Shown here one piece after another: positions 1-10,454 of a DNA stretch of 64,000 nucleotides. Below the pieces are notes generated by a model, which was given only the letters and a program-made list of their open reading frames with translations, had not been told where the DNA came from and searched no databases. Positions within the stretch are counted from its first letter, which is position 1. Every line of letters starts with the position of its first letter. Source of the stretch: Escherichia phage vB_EcoM_Lutter; sequence record NC_054924.1. The stretch is one strand, 5' to 3'. The translations under genes and the position numbers were made by a program.

Positions 1-2
1 CT

Positions 3-1055
3 ACAGTTGTAGGTGACATCTATTCTCACTTCTTCCAGGAAACTGGTACTGTATATCTGCAAGCTTCTGCTATCGTAACACTTGATTCTGGCGCGACTGA
101 TGCAACTAAATTAGATGCCGAAGTTAAGAAACAAATGGAAGCTGGTGTACTGGTAGAAATCGCTGAAGGTATGGCTACTTCTATCGCTGAACTTCAGGAA
201 GGTTTCAACGGTTCTACCGATAACCCATGGAATGAAATGGGCTTCCGTATCGATAAACAAGTTATCGAAGCTAAATCTCGTCAGCTGAAAGCTGCTTACT
301 CCATCGAATTAGCACAAGACCTCCGCGCTGTTCACGGTATGGATGCTGATGCTGAACTGTCTGGTATTCTGGCTACCGAAATCATGCTGGAAATCAACCG
401 TGAAGTTGTTGATTGGATTAACTACTCAGCTCAGGTTGGTAAATCTGGTATGACCCTGACTCCGGGTTCTAAAGCTGGTGTGTTTGACTTCCAGGATCCG
501 ATTGATATTCGTGGTGCTCGCTGGGCGGGTGAATCCTTTAAAGCTCTGTTGTTCCAGATTGACAAAGAAGCAGTTGAAATTGCTCGTCAGACCGGTCGTG
601 GTGAAGGTAACTTCATTATCGCTTCCCGTAACGTAGTTAACGTTCTGGCTTCAGTTGATACTGGCATTTCTTATGCTGCACAGGGTCTGGCTACCGGCTT
701 TAACACTGATACTACCAAGTCAGTATTTGCTGGTGTTCTGGGTGGTAAATACCGTGTATATATCGACCAGTATGCTAAACAGGATTATTTCACTGTAGGT
801 TATAAAGGTCCGAACGAAATGGATGCTGGTATTTACTACGCTCCATATGTAGCTCTGACTCCGCTGCGTGGTTCCGATCCGAAGAACTTCCAACCAGTAA
901 TGGGATTCAAAACTCGTTACGGTATCGGTATCAACCCATTTGCAGAATCCGCTGCTCAGGCTCCGGCTTCTCGCATCCAGAGCGGTATGCCTTCTATTCT
1001 GAATAGCCTTGGTAAAAACGCTTACTTCCGCCGTGTATATGTTAAAGGTATCTAA
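3..1055 (+). CDS. 23: Major capsid protein gp23, C-terminal ~350 aa; 5' end lies upstream of the window
   Basis: Open frame from position 3 with no in-window start; clear similarity to the downstream gp24 paralog (SRQLKAAYSIELAQDL vs SRKLKTGITVELAQDL); synteny 23-24. Confidence 0.9.
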   Translation, partial: TVVGDIYSHFFQETGTVYLQASAIVTLDSGATDATKLDAEVKKQMEAGVLVEIAEGMATSIAELQEGFNGSTDNPWNEMGFRIDKQVIEAKSRQLKAAYSIELAQDLRAVHGMDADAELSGILATEIMLEINREVVDWINYSAQVGKSGMTLTPGSKAGVFDFQDPIDIRGARWAGESFKALLFQIDKEAVEIARQTGRGEGNFIIASRNVVNVLASVDTGISYAAQGLATGFNTDTTKSVFAGVLGGKYRVYIDQYAKQDYFTVGYKGPNEMDAGIYYAPYVALTPLRGSDPKNFQPVMGFKTRYGIGINPFAESAAQAPASRIQSGMPSILNSLGKNAYFRRVYVKGI

Positions 1056-1070
1056 TCTTTGACGATTTAA

Positions 1071-1099
1071 GGGACCTTCGGGTCCCTTTAGTTGTTTTT
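1071..1099 (+). terminator. Rho-independent terminator after gene 23
   Basis: GC hairpin gggaccttcgggtccc followed by a T-rich run. Confidence 0.7.
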
Positions 1100-1103
1100 A
1101 TGG

Positions 1104-1111
1104 TATAAATA
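1104..1111 (+). promoter_or_regulatory. T4-type late promoter (TATAAATA) upstream of gene 24
   Basis: Exact TATAAATA about 30 nt before the gene 24 ATG. Confidence 0.6.
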
Positions 1112-1138
1112 AATCATATAAACCAAAAGGAAAGCGCA

Positions 1139-2422
1139 ATGGCTAAAATCAACGAACTTCTGCGCGAATCAACCACAACGAATAGCAACTCAATCGGTCG
1201 CCCAAATCTCGTTGCTTTGACTCGCGCTACCACTAAATTAATATATTCTGACATTGTAGCAACGCAAAGAACTAATCAACCTGTTGCTGCTTTTTATGGT
1301 ATCAAATACCTTAACCCTGATAACGAATTTACATTTAAAACTGGTGCTACTTACGCCGGCGAAGCTGGGTATGTAGACCGAGAACAAATCACAGAATTAA
1401 CAGAAGAGTCTAAATTAACTCTCAATAAAGGCGATTTATTCAAATATAATAATATCGTTTATAAAGTATTAGAAGATACACCATTTGCTGATATTGAAGA
1501 AAGCGATTTAGAATTAGCTCTTCAGATTGCAATCGTTCTTTTAAAGGTTCGTCTATTTTCTGATGCTGCAGTAACAAGCAAATTTGAAAGCTCTGATAGT
1601 GAAATTGCGGATGCTAGATTCCAGATTAATAAATGGCAAACCGCAGTTAAATCTCGTAAACTTAAAACTGGCATTACGGTTGAATTAGCACAAGATTTAG
1701 AAGCAAATGGATTCGATGCTCCTAATTTCTTGGAAGATTTGCTTGCAACTGAAATGGCGGATGAAATCAATAAAGATATTCTGCAGTCTTTGATTACAGT
1801 ATCAAAACGCTATAAAGTCACAGGAATTACTGATACTGGATTCATTGATTTGAGTTATGCATCTGCACCTGAAGCTGGTCGTTCATTATACCGAATGGTG
1901 TGTGAAATGGTTTCGCATATCCAAAAAGAATCAACTTATACAGCAACGTTCTGTGTTGCTTCTGCTCGTGCCGCCGCGATTCTTGCTGCATCAGGTTGGT
2001 TAAAACATAAACCAGAAGATGATAAATATCTTTCACAAAATGCCTACGGGTTCTTAGCTAATGGTTTACCGCTTTATTGCGATACTAACAGCCCATTAGA
2101 TTATGTAATCGTTGGTGTAGTAGAAAATATCGGTGAAAAAGAAATTGTTGGATCAATTTTCTATGCTCCGTATACAGAAGGTCTCGACTTAGATGACCCT
2201 GAACATGTAGGTGCATTTAAAGTTGTTGTTGACCCAGAAAGTTTGCAGCCATCTATCGGTTTATTAGTTAGATATGCTTTATCAGCAAATCCTTACACCG
2301 TAGCAAAAGATGAAAAAGAAGCAAGAGTAATTGATGGTGGAGACATGGATAAAATGGCGGGTCGTTCAGATTTGTCTGTTTTATTAGGTGTTAAGCTACC
2401 AAAAATTATCATTGATGAATAA
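1139..2422 (+). CDS. 24: Head vertex protein gp24
   Basis: 427 aa ORF; paralogous to gp23 C-terminal region; position directly after 23. Confidence 0.9.
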   Translation: MAKINELLRESTTTNSNSIGRPNLVALTRATTKLIYSDIVATQRTNQPVAAFYGIKYLNPDNEFTFKTGATYAGEAGYVDREQITELTEESKLTLNKGDLFKYNNIVYKVLEDTPFADIEESDLELALQIAIVLLKVRLFSDAAVTSKFESSDSEIADARFQINKWQTAVKSRKLKTGITVELAQDLEANGFDAPNFLEDLLATEMADEINKDILQSLITVSKRYKVTGITDTGFIDLSYASAPEAGRSLYRMVCEMVSHIQKESTYTATFCVASARAAAILAASGWLKHKPEDDKYLSQNAYGFLANGLPLYCDTNSPLDYVIVGVVENIGEKEIVGSIFYAPYTEGLDLDDPEHVGAFKVVVDPESLQPSIGLLVRYALSANPYTVAKDEKEARVIDGGDMDKMAGRSDLSVLLGVKLPKIIIDE

Positions 2423-2428
2423 AACAAA

Positions 2429-2449
2429 GGGACCTTTCGGTCCCTTTTT
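2429..2449. terminator. Bidirectional hairpin terminator between convergent genes 24 and rnlB
   Basis: gggacctttcggtccc hairpin flanked by an A-run upstream and a T-run downstream. Confidence 0.65.
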
Positions 2450-2451
2450 AT

Positions 2452-3456
2452 TTAACTTACCAATTCAATCCAAGCCGGACGAAGTACATCTTGTACCATT
2501 TTAACTAATTCCTTTTTAATCAAAGAAGGATTATCCGCTTGAGTTAGAGTAATACCTTCACGAGAAGTTTCTTCCAAAATATCTTGAACAGTTAGTCCCA
2601 TCACCTTTCCAAAATCTTTTGGACCAATTTCGCCAATTTTAGAAATAACGTTATTTACTCGGTTTAGTGTAACGTAACAAGCTAAAATCCCCACCAATTT
2701 GTTATCAGCTTCTGACAGTTCAACTTTAGCTTTAATAGGCTTATCAGACTTTTTCTTTTCACTAAATTTAGAATTCTTGCATTTGATGGCTACACGATTG
2801 CGATTAGGCAGCCAAGAAGGATAACAAGGTTTCAATACATATCCTTCAGCGGTAAATACTTCGCCTTTGGCTTCAGCTTTCCAAACACATTTGTTAGCGT
2901 CAATTAAACCTGCATTATCTACGGTAAAATTATAAGACGGAACAACAGAATCCAAATCATTTGGAAGTTTAATAAGATCTTCAAATTTACCACGACCCAA
3001 AAGTGGAGCGATTTTAAACCCAAATGAATTACAAAACGATTCCATCATGTAATCATCAACATAAGTTACATCACCACTTTCGGTAGTGACAATAATGTCA
3101 AATACATAAAAATCTTTATCGCCATAATCAACATTCTTCTGAATGCCAGGTCCAGCGAATTCGCCAAAAACTTGATAAGTCACAACAGCTGAAGTTTCCA
3201 TAATTTCTTGGACAGCTTTAATAGAATCTTCGTAATTCTTTAAAATAATTTCATAACCGAAGAAATCTTCAGCAGGAAGAATTGGTCCAGTACGTTTAGC
3301 GCAAGTTACTTTATCACGCTCAATAATCAATGAGAAATTTGTGCCGTGAATCTTTTCACGAGCTACCCATTCGCCGCCAGTCAATCCCAAGCTATAAAGT
3401 TTTTCAATAAATTTAGAGTTGTAATGATTTTCAAGACTGCTATACTTTTTAAACAT
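2452..3456 (-). CDS. rnlB: RNA ligase 2
   Basis: 334 aa; N-terminal nucleotidyltransferase motif EKIHGTN with the lysine near residue 35; position after gene 24 as in T4. Confidence 0.85.
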   Translation of the reverse strand: MFKKYSSLENHYNSKFIEKLYSLGLTGGEWVAREKIHGTNFSLIIERDKVTCAKRTGPILPAEDFFGYEIILKNYEDSIKAVQEIMETSAVVTYQVFGEFAGPGIQKNVDYGDKDFYVFDIIVTTESGDVTYVDDYMMESFCNSFGFKIAPLLGRGKFEDLIKLPNDLDSVVPSYNFTVDNAGLIDANKCVWKAEAKGEVFTAEGYVLKPCYPSWLPNRNRVAIKCKNSKFSEKKKSDKPIKAKVELSEADNKLVGILACYVTLNRVNNVISKIGEIGPKDFGKVMGLTVQDILEETSREGITLTQADNPSLIKKELVKMVQDVLRPAWIELVS

Positions 3457-3465
3457 AATTAATCC

Positions 3466-3744
3466 TCAAAATGTAATTTCTAACCAATCACCATCACGCT
3501 GATCACTATTGACTTTAAAGCTGAATCCCTCTTTTCTCAGCCAATCACCAATTTCTTCAGTAATCAATTTATCGCGAGCAGTACAATAATAACTAAAATA
3601 TGTTTTACCTTGTTCAGCTGCTTTATTAGCAAGTTCTGAAAAATCTTTAATAAAACACTCTAGCTTAAACTGTTTACTTTTTAATGCTTTTTCACGTAAT
3701 TGATTAGCAAAAGATTCATTTTCATAAAGATCATACTGTTCCAT
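3466..3744 (-). CDS. Hypothetical protein (T4 24.2-like position)
   Basis: 92 aa ORF, tightly packed in the rnlB operon. Confidence 0.55.
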   Translation of the reverse strand: MEQYDLYENESFANQLREKALKSKQFKLECFIKDFSELANKAAEQGKTYFSYYCTARDKLITEEIGDWLRKEGFSFKVNSDQRDGDWLEITF

Positions 3745-3946
3745 TTTTCACCTTTTTATTGATATGTCTTTTTCTATAGACAACTTTTTCTCGAGTTTCA
3801 AATTTATTCTTAGCAGTCATAGCTCGAGCCCATAATACAGCCACTTCTTTCGCCTGTAAGTTTAATTCACGAGCAATTTCAATGAATGACTTTCCAGACT
3901 CATGAAGAGTAAACACCACAACCTCAGTTCTCATAATCAATCTCAT
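3731..3946 (-). CDS. Hypothetical small protein with possible helix-turn-helix (T4 24.3-like position)
   Basis: 71 aa ORF; the segment SGKSFIEIARELNLQAKEVAVLWARA resembles an HTH; overlaps the downstream ORF start. Confidence 0.45.
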   Translation of the reverse strand: MRLIMRTEVVVFTLHESGKSFIEIARELNLQAKEVAVLWARAMTAKNKFETREKVVYRKRHINKKVKNGTV

Positions 3947-3997
3947 GTTATCGAGTTGGTGCCATTATATACATCATTTTCTGATTGTGTTTTGTGT

Positions 3998-4029
3998 GCT
4001 TTCAAAATGAAGAAAGGGGCCGAAGCCCC
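3998..4029 (-). terminator. Rho-independent terminator after hoc
   Basis: ggggccgaagcccc hairpin followed on the minus strand by a T-rich run. Confidence 0.6.
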
Positions 4030-4035
4030 TTATGA

Positions 4036-5166
4036 TTATGGATAGGTATAGATGATACCAGTTTCTAAAGCAGTTTTATGAATGATGTATCCATTACGTG
4101 ATTCTTGAACATCAACTTCTGGATAGTCTTTCATCATCTTCTGAAGGGTGTAACGATGCAGGTAGTATTTACTATCTGGATCTTCAGTTTTCCAATCTTT
4201 ACCTTCTTCGGTCATTTTTTGGATTTCATCCATAACCCACCAACCGCACCAGATGTAAGCTGAAGTACGATGTGGAAGAGGATGAACATAAGGTAATTCA
4301 CCTTCTGGTTCCGGAGCAACTTTATCAGTTACCTGAACTTGACCTTCTGCTGTAATAGTTTTGCTATCGTAATCAGTTGCAGTAATAGTTGCAGTAACTT
4401 CAATAGTTTGACTTCCAATAGATGATGTATCAACAGTGTATACATTAGTTGACCCTTCTACTGGAGAAGAATCTTTCTTCCATGAATATTCGATTTGTGC
4501 TTCTTCTGGAGCATCCGTAACATTAGCAGTAAATGTAGCCGAAGCATCTTGCTGAACGTTAATAGAAGGAGGAGTCAATGTAACCCGTGGATTCATTGTT
4601 TTCTTATTAACAGTCAATGATACTTCATTAGAAGTAACTTCCTTTTCATTGTAATTTTCTGCAGTTACTTGCGCTACACACTTAACTGTTTTAGCTCCAA
4701 CTGTGGTAGGAGTATAGTTAAATGTAGTAGTAGTTTCTCCATCGACCAGAGAACCGTCAACATACCACTGATACGTAGCAGATGCTCCTAGCGGCTGCGA
4801 AGCTAAGGCAGCAGTAAATTGAACTGGGGTTCCAATTACTCCTGCTGGAGGACTATCAGGAGTTACTGCCAACGTAGTTGACTGAGTTTTATTTTTAACC
4901 GTGATAGTCGTAGTAATTTCTGCTGTTTCGGGACTACTATCGGCAACTTGATTTGTTGCAACAACTTTAATTGTTTTTGTTCCAGCAGGTCCTTTTAATA
5001 CATAATTAAAAGTTGCTTCAGCTCCATCTTGTGGAACATCATCTACGCTCCAAGCATATGTAATAGGTCCATCTCCAGTTTGACCACTGGGTGTAGCAGT
5101 AAACTGCTGAGTCTGATCTATAACTCCAGTAGGTGTTTTAGGAGTTATATCAACTGTAAAAGTCAT
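4036..5166 (-). CDS. hoc: Highly immunogenic outer capsid protein Hoc (tandem Ig-like domains)
   Basis: 376 aa; three repeated ~90-aa beta-rich modules with recurring Y-x-W-x-V-D motifs (ITYAWSVDD, ATYQWYVDG, IEYSWKKDS) plus a C-terminal Trp-rich domain. Confidence 0.85.
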   Translation of the reverse strand: MTFTVDITPKTPTGVIDQTQQFTATPSGQTGDGPITYAWSVDDVPQDGAEATFNYVLKGPAGTKTIKVVATNQVADSSPETAEITTTITVKNKTQSTTLAVTPDSPPAGVIGTPVQFTAALASQPLGASATYQWYVDGSLVDGETTTTFNYTPTTVGAKTVKCVAQVTAENYNEKEVTSNEVSLTVNKKTMNPRVTLTPPSINVQQDASATFTANVTDAPEEAQIEYSWKKDSSPVEGSTNVYTVDTSSIGSQTIEVTATITATDYDSKTITAEGQVQVTDKVAPEPEGELPYVHPLPHRTSAYIWCGWWVMDEIQKMTEEGKDWKTEDPDSKYYLHRYTLQKMMKDYPEVDVQESRNGYIIHKTALETGIIYTYP

Positions 5167-5175
5167 AAGTTATCC

Positions 5176-5856
5176 TTATTTTAATGTTACGAAAGAAGAA
5201 TTGCGTGTTTCACGAATTAAAACTGATCCGTCACGGTTAATGTAATAAATTAAGCTAAATAAAGTTTGGTGTGCTGACGCATGCTCAAAACTTGTTGGGT
5301 GAGATTTCCAATCCGGAGTTTCAGCTATCCATTGATAAATCCACCAAGGAACAGTGCAGAATCCTGGATTTTTTCCAATCAGCTGAAGATTCGGACTAAA
5401 GTTTTCCGGAAGAGTAAATACAGACGGCTTTTCAGATTCAATAATCTCAGCTACAGCCTGCTCGAATTTTTCTTCAACAAAAGGAGTATCTTCAATCAAA
5501 ACATCGGTATTTTCAGGAATTTTATCCGTTTCTACTACTTCAATTTTAATGTCAGATTTAACCGGAGAATCAATCAGAAGTGCTGCTTCTGGATTGACTT
5601 CTTCATCGTCATATTTTAACCCCTCTGCAGCATCAGCAGCATCAATTAAGTCTTTAATAGATAACCCATCAGTCTCTGGCATAGGTTCACTAGCGAGCTT
5701 CTGGAGGGCTTCTTCAATATCAACAACGATATTATCAAAAGATTTATTCTTTTTGACTTTTATACCAAACTGTTCAGCATATTCAGCTAATTTAGCTTTA
5801 GCTTCTTTATTATCATCAAGAGCCTTCAGCTCTGCAATATAATCTTTATCTATCAT
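5176..5856 (-). CDS. inh: Inh, inhibitor of prohead protease (acidic head protein)
   Basis: 226 aa acidic ORF immediately upstream of hoc, matching T4 order. Confidence 0.7.
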   Translation of the reverse strand: MIDKDYIAELKALDDNKEAKAKLAEYAEQFGIKVKKNKSFDNIVVDIEEALQKLASEPMPETDGLSIKDLIDAADAAEGLKYDDEEVNPEAALLIDSPVKSDIKIEVVETDKIPENTDVLIEDTPFVEEKFEQAVAEIIESEKPSVFTLPENFSPNLQLIGKNPGFCTVPWWIYQWIAETPDWKSHPTSFEHASAHQTLFSLIYYINRDGSVLIRETRNSSFVTLK

Positions 5857-5869
5857 AATATTTCCTCAG

Positions 5870-5877
5870 TATAAATA
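5870..5877 (+). promoter_or_regulatory. Late promoter TATAAATA upstream of uvsW
   Basis: Exact TATAAATA about 30 nt before the uvsW ATG. Confidence 0.55.
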
Positions 5878-5906
5878 TAGATATATTTATTACATGGTAT
5901 TTAGAC

Positions 5907-7418
5907 ATGACTGACATTAAAGTACATTTTTATGATTTTAGTCACGTGAGAATTGATTGTGAAGAAAGCACATTTCATGAACTCCGTGATTTCTTTAGCT
6001 TTGAAGCTGATGGGTATCGTTTTAATCCGAAGTACAAATATGGTCACTGGGATGGACGAATCCGTCTTTTAGATTATAATCGTCTTCTTCCATTCGGTTT
6101 AGTCGGGCAAATTAAAAAGTTCTGTGATAACTTTGGCTATAAAGCCTGGATTGACCCACAGATTAACGAAAAAGAAGAATTATCAAGAAAAGATTTTGAT
6201 GAATGGCTTTCTAAATTAGAAATCTATTCAGGAAATAAAAGAATTGAACCACACTGGTATCAAAAAGATGCAGTGTTCGAAGGATTAGTTAATCGTCGTA
6301 GAATTCTTAATCTTCCAACATCCGCTGGTAAATCGTTAATTCAAGCTCTGCTTGCTCGGTATTATTTGGAAAATTATGAAGGTAAAATTCTTATCATTGT
6401 TCCAACAACTGCTCTAACAACTCAGATGGCTGATGACTTCGTTGACTATCGTTTATTCAGTCATGCAATGATAAAGAAAATTGGTGGCGGAGCATCAAAA
6501 GATGATAAATATAAAAATGATGCACCAGTCGTTGTTGGTACATGGCAAACTGTAGTAAAACAACCGAAAGAATGGTTCTCACAGTTTGGAATGATGATGA
6601 ATGATGAATGCCATCTTGCTACAGGAAAAAGTATTTCATCTATCATATCAGGTTTAAATAACTGTATGTTTAAATTTGGTTTGTCTGGTTCATTACGTGA
6701 CGGCAAAGCCAATATCATGCAGTATGTTGGAATGTTTGGTGAAATATTTAAGCCAGTAACGACCTCTAAATTAATGGAAGATGGACAAGTAACTGAGTTA
6801 AAAATTAATAGTATTTTTCTTCGCTATCCCGATGAGTTCACTACTAAATTAAAGGGAAAAACTTACCAAGAAGAAATAAAAATTATTACTGGGCTCAGTA
6901 AAAGAAATAAATGGATCGCTAAATTAGCTATTAAGCTTGCACAAAAAGATGAAAACGCTTTTGTCATGTTTAAACATGTATCGCATGGTAAAGCTATTTT
7001 CGATTTAATTAAAAATGAATACGATAAAGTTTATTACGTATCAGGGGAAGTTGATACCGAAACCCGCAATATAATGAAAACCTTAGCTGAAAATGGTAAA
7101 GGAATAATTATAGTAGCTAGTTATGGTGTATTTTCTACTGGTATTTCAGTTAAAAATCTACATCACGTTGTTTTAGCGCACGGTGTTAAATCAAAAATCA
7201 TTGTATTACAAACAATCGGTCGTGTATTACGTAAGCATGGTTCTAAGACAATAGCAACAGTCTGGGATCTTATAGATGACGCGGGCGTTAAGCCAAAATC
7301 TGCTAATACGAAAAAGAAATATGTTCATTTGAACTATCTTTTAAAACACGGCATTGATCGTATTCAGCGCTACGCAGATGAAAAATTTAATTACGTAATG
7401 AAAACAGTTAATTTATAA
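5907..7418 (+). CDS. uvsW: UvsW DNA/RNA helicase (SF2, branch migration)
   Basis: 503 aa; Walker A (LPTSAGKS) and DEAH-like (DECH) helicase motifs; N-terminus MTDIKVHFYDFSHVRI. Confidence 0.9.
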   Translation: MTDIKVHFYDFSHVRIDCEESTFHELRDFFSFEADGYRFNPKYKYGHWDGRIRLLDYNRLLPFGLVGQIKKFCDNFGYKAWIDPQINEKEELSRKDFDEWLSKLEIYSGNKRIEPHWYQKDAVFEGLVNRRRILNLPTSAGKSLIQALLARYYLENYEGKILIIVPTTALTTQMADDFVDYRLFSHAMIKKIGGGASKDDKYKNDAPVVVGTWQTVVKQPKEWFSQFGMMMNDECHLATGKSISSIISGLNNCMFKFGLSGSLRDGKANIMQYVGMFGEIFKPVTTSKLMEDGQVTELKINSIFLRYPDEFTTKLKGKTYQEEIKIITGLSKRNKWIAKLAIKLAQKDENAFVMFKHVSHGKAIFDLIKNEYDKVYYVSGEVDTETRNIMKTLAENGKGIIIVASYGVFSTGISVKNLHHVVLAHGVKSKIIVLQTIGRVLRKHGSKTIATVWDLIDDAGVKPKSANTKKKYVHLNYLLKHGIDRIQRYADEKFNYVMKTVNL

Positions 7419-7443
7419 GGGCTTCGGCCCTTTGGAGAAAAAG

Positions 7444-7674
7444 ATGTTACTAGGATTTAAACAATTTCTTTATGAAGCTTCTATTGATGAATTTATGGGT
7501 AAAATTGCCTCTTGTCAAACATTAGAAGGTTTAGAAGAACTTGAAGCTTATTATAAGAAAAGAGTCAAAGAAACTGAATTAAAAGATACTGATGACATCT
7601 CTGTAAGAGATGCTTTGGCAGGAAAAAGAGCTGAATTAGAAGATTCAGACGATGAAGTAGAAGAAAGCTTTTAA
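7444..7674 (+). CDS. uvsW.1: UvsW.1 small acidic protein
   Basis: 76 aa from the internal Met of the 80-aa track ORF; immediately follows uvsW. Confidence 0.6.
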   Translation: MLLGFKQFLYEASIDEFMGKIASCQTLEGLEELEAYYKKRVKETELKDTDDISVRDALAGKRAELEDSDDEVEESF

Positions 7675-7729
7675 ATTAAAAAAGGCCCAACCAAAAAGGA
7701 AGGGCCAAAACTATAGACTAAAGGTCACA

Positions 7730-7897
7730 CTATAGCAAAAGTTGTGTTTCATTTAATTGTTCTTCCGAACTTTCTGAAACTGGTAGTTCTTTAATGTAAT
7801 TATAGCAAGGCCCAGGATGTACAGGACCTTTGTCTGTTTCAACAACCAATGCAGAATCGATTGGAGTTTTACAGACAACACAAATCTTATCTGACAT
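7730..7897 (-). CDS. Small Cys-containing protein (uvsY.-2-like position), 55 aa
   Basis: Hand-translated minus-strand ORF MSDKICVVCKTPIDSALVVETDKGPVHPGPCYNY...; below the 60-aa threshold of the ORF track; overlaps the antisense track ORF 7830..8087, which is dismissed. Confidence 0.45.
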   Translation of the reverse strand: MSDKICVVCKTPIDSALVVETDKGPVHPGPCYNYIKELPVSESSEEQLNETQLLL

Positions 7898-7925
7898 GAT
7901 TGTCTCCTCTGAATTATATATCTAT

Positions 7926-8150
7926 TTATACAACTCTCATATGCATATCAATGCCCATATCTTTAGAATAAAAATATTCATCAAGATATCCGGCAAATTT
8001 TCCTTTAATATAAAGGACATCTTCACCACACGGGTGGTCGGCCAGGATACGAATATCCTGACGCTTAAGATTATGCTTTTTCATTAAGAATTGAATTTCC
8101 GTTTCAAATTCTTCTTCATAATTAAAAGCATCATCAATGCTATATCTCAT
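7926..8150 (-). CDS. Hypothetical protein (uvsY.-1-like)
   Basis: 74 aa ORF whose start overlaps the uvsY stop. Confidence 0.6.
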   Translation of the reverse strand: MRYSIDDAFNYEEEFETEIQFLMKKHNLKRQDIRILADHPCGEDVLYIKGKFAGYLDEYFYSKDMGIDMHMRVV

Positions 8151-8563
8151 TATTTTCCAGCCTCAAATGCTCGCATGTCTTGAATATGCTTAATAGCAAA
8201 TCCGCGTGATTTAATAGCATCAAGAGCTCCGCTACAGAAATCCAATAAAATTCCCCAATATTGCAATGAAGTATCAACCTTTAAAACATCCTTATCAGCT
8301 GATAGAACTGTCTTCATTTCTGATTTCTCGTAACGATCCATACTAAATTCATCACCATCTCCTCGTCCCGAGTAGTAGTCTAATCTAGCTTTAAGAGCAA
8401 CTTTTTTCTGTGCGTCAATTCTAAGCATTTCCTTTTTAATACTTGAATGCTTATTAAGCCATTTACTATATAACATCACATTATTAGCTGCTTCATACTG
8501 TAATTTAGTCGAATCTATAAACACATCTTTCTTCAATTCTTCTTGAAGATCTTCTAATCTCAT
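8150..8563 (-). CDS. uvsY: UvsY recombination mediator
   Basis: 137 aa; N-terminus MRLEDLQEELKKDVFIDSTKLQYEAANN. Confidence 0.9.
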   Translation of the reverse strand: MRLEDLQEELKKDVFIDSTKLQYEAANNVMLYSKWLNKHSSIKKEMLRIDAQKKVALKARLDYYSGRGDGDEFSMDRYEKSEMKTVLSADKDVLKVDTSLQYWGILLDFCSGALDAIKSRGFAIKHIQDMRAFEAGK

Positions 8564-8629
8564 ATTGTTCTCTATTCAATTGTTATTGGATGGACTTAGA
8601 TTCATTATACCACGTTTTAACGTGAAGCA

Positions 8630-9028
8630 TTATACCCTATTACTCGAAGCCAGTTGCAGTTTTATCTGCTCAATATCATCAGGGTTATCGATGACCGAAA
8701 AGCGTATTTCTACTATCAGAGTATAATCATCATAAACTGGTATCACATTAACTGATAATTTATCAATACGTGGCTCATAGTTTCTTACTGCGCTTTCAAT
8801 ATTGCGCTCAACTGTGTCAGCAGTAAGAGGAGTCATATTTTCAAAAAGCTGGTCTGATAAATCACATCCAAATTCAGGGTCAAACGGTCTTGAACCTTTT
8901 CTTGTTGTAATAATTCCCAAAAGACTGTTTTTAATTGACCTTAATCCAAGTGATCTGGAAACATCTTTGTTCCAATCCATTTTCATTTCCGGGTCAATAT
9001 CAGAATAAAGCTTATTAATATTTGCCAT
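8630..9028 (-). CDS. 25: Baseplate wedge protein gp25
   Basis: 132 aa; synteny with 26/51. Confidence 0.85.
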   Translation of the reverse strand: MANINKLYSDIDPEMKMDWNKDVSRSLGLRSIKNSLLGIITTRKGSRPFDPEFGCDLSDQLFENMTPLTADTVERNIESAVRNYEPRIDKLSVNVIPVYDDYTLIVEIRFSVIDNPDDIEQIKLQLASSNRV

Positions 9029-9654
9029 TATAGTAACTCAAAGAACTCTTTGAGGCCTCTTATTACGTGAGCATGGGTTTTTCCACACTCTGGACACTTA
9101 ATTGGAACAGCCAAATAAACGGTAGGTTTTAAAAGCATATCTTTTATAGCTACAATATCTGACTCTGTGATGATAGAATATAAATCTTCTAGTTCCTTTT
9201 CATTTAAGTCTTCAACTGGAATGCTTTCCCCGTTAGCATGAATCGTTTCTATGCATGATACTATCATGTGGGCTATATTTTTATCATCAAAAATTTTAGG
9301 GTATCGGAATTTAATTTTAATGTCACCCAGTGTATACCAGAGGTCTTCTGATGCATCTATTTGTGTATGTAATAGATTTATATGGGTTGGTATTTCAGTT
9401 CCACAGGTGCACTTCCAGGAGTTTTCGTGATTAACTTCGCCGAGAGAATGTGCCCATAAATGAATCAGCAGTAGTTCTGATTCTTGGCGGTTTAAATCTT
9501 TTGCATTTGTGCAGTCTTTGATTAGCTTTTTAACAATTACTTCTACGGAACCATTATTTTTGGCAGTAATAAGTTCTAGATATTCTTTAAGCGTGAATGC
9601 GCGACAATTGATTATTTTAGAACCAACTCTCACATCAAATTTGTATTCATACAT
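9028..9654 (-). CDS. 26: Baseplate hub protein gp26
   Basis: 208 aa; start overlaps the gp25 region; divergent from gene 51. Confidence 0.8.
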   Translation of the reverse strand: MYEYKFDVRVGSKIINCRAFTLKEYLELITAKNNGSVEVIVKKLIKDCTNAKDLNRQESELLLIHLWAHSLGEVNHENSWKCTCGTEIPTHINLLHTQIDASEDLWYTLGDIKIKFRYPKIFDDKNIAHMIVSCIETIHANGESIPVEDLNEKELEDLYSIITESDIVAIKDMLLKPTVYLAVPIKCPECGKTHAHVIRGLKEFFELL

Positions 9655-9675
9655 ATTTAGCTCCTTTATTTATCA

Positions 9676-9687
9676 TATTTATAAATA
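9676..9687. promoter_or_regulatory. Overlapping divergent late promoters in the palindrome TATTTATAAATA
   Basis: TATAAATA reads on both strands between divergent genes 26 (-) and 51 (+). Confidence 0.55.
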
Positions 9688-9704
9688 GAATAAAAGGAGC
9701 ATCT

Positions 9705-10454
9705 ATGGCAAACATTATTCGTTGTAAATTACCAGATGGTGTTCATCGTTTTAAACCATTTACGGTAGAAGATTATCGAGATTTTTTGTTAGTTCGAAAC
9801 GATATAGAACATCGGTCACCACAAGAACAAAAAGAAATAATTACTGATTTAATTGATGATTATTTTGGAGACTATCCGAAGACTTGGCAACCATTTATAT
9901 TTTTGCAGGTATTTGTAGGGTCAATAGGTAAAACAAAAGTACCAGTCACATTTGTATGTCCAAAATGTAAAAAAGAAAAGACAGTTCCATTTGAAATATA
10001 TCAAAAAGAATTAAAGGAACCTGTTTTTGATGTAGCTAATGTTAAAATTAAATTAAAGTTTCCTTCTGAGTTTTATGAAAATAAAGCAAAGATGATTACT
10101 GAAAATATTCATTCTGTTCAAGTAGATGAAATATGGTATGATTGGAAGGAAATTAGTGAATCAAGCCAAATAGAACTTGTTGACGCCATCGAGATAGAAA
10201 CATTAGAAAAAATTCTCGATGCAATGAATCCTATTAATTTAACTCTACATATGTCATGCTGTAATAAGTACATTAAAAAATACACTGATATAGTAGATGT
10301 GTTTAAGCTATTAGTTAACCCAGATGAAATATTTACTTTTTATCAAATTAATCACACACTCGTAAAAAGTAATTATAGCTTAAATTCAATAATGAAAATG
10401 ATTCCTGCCGAGCGCGGATTCGTATTAAAACTGATTGAGAAGGATAAACAATAA
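9705..10454 (+). CDS. 51: Baseplate hub assembly protein gp51
   Basis: 249 aa; synteny. Confidence 0.8.
   Translation: MANIIRCKLPDGVHRFKPFTVEDYRDFLLVRNDIEHRSPQEQKEIITDLIDDYFGDYPKTWQPFIFLQVFVGSIGKTKVPVTFVCPKCKKEKTVPFEIYQKELKEPVFDVANVKIKLKFPSEFYENKAKMITENIHSVQVDEIWYDWKEISESSQIELVDAIEIETLEKILDAMNPINLTLHMSCCNKYIKKYTDIVDVFKLLVNPDEIFTFYQINHTLVKSNYSLNSIMKMIPAERGFVLKLIEKDKQ

Noticed and set aside
1522-1770. Antisense ORFs nested inside long genes (e.g. 1522..1770, 5281..5619, 5549..5842, 6461..6718, 41301..41780, 45796..46038, 52983..53630)
   Set aside because: They lie opposite well-supported genes, have no ribosome-binding site or promoter, and show the low-complexity composition expected from the reverse complement of AT-rich coding sequence.
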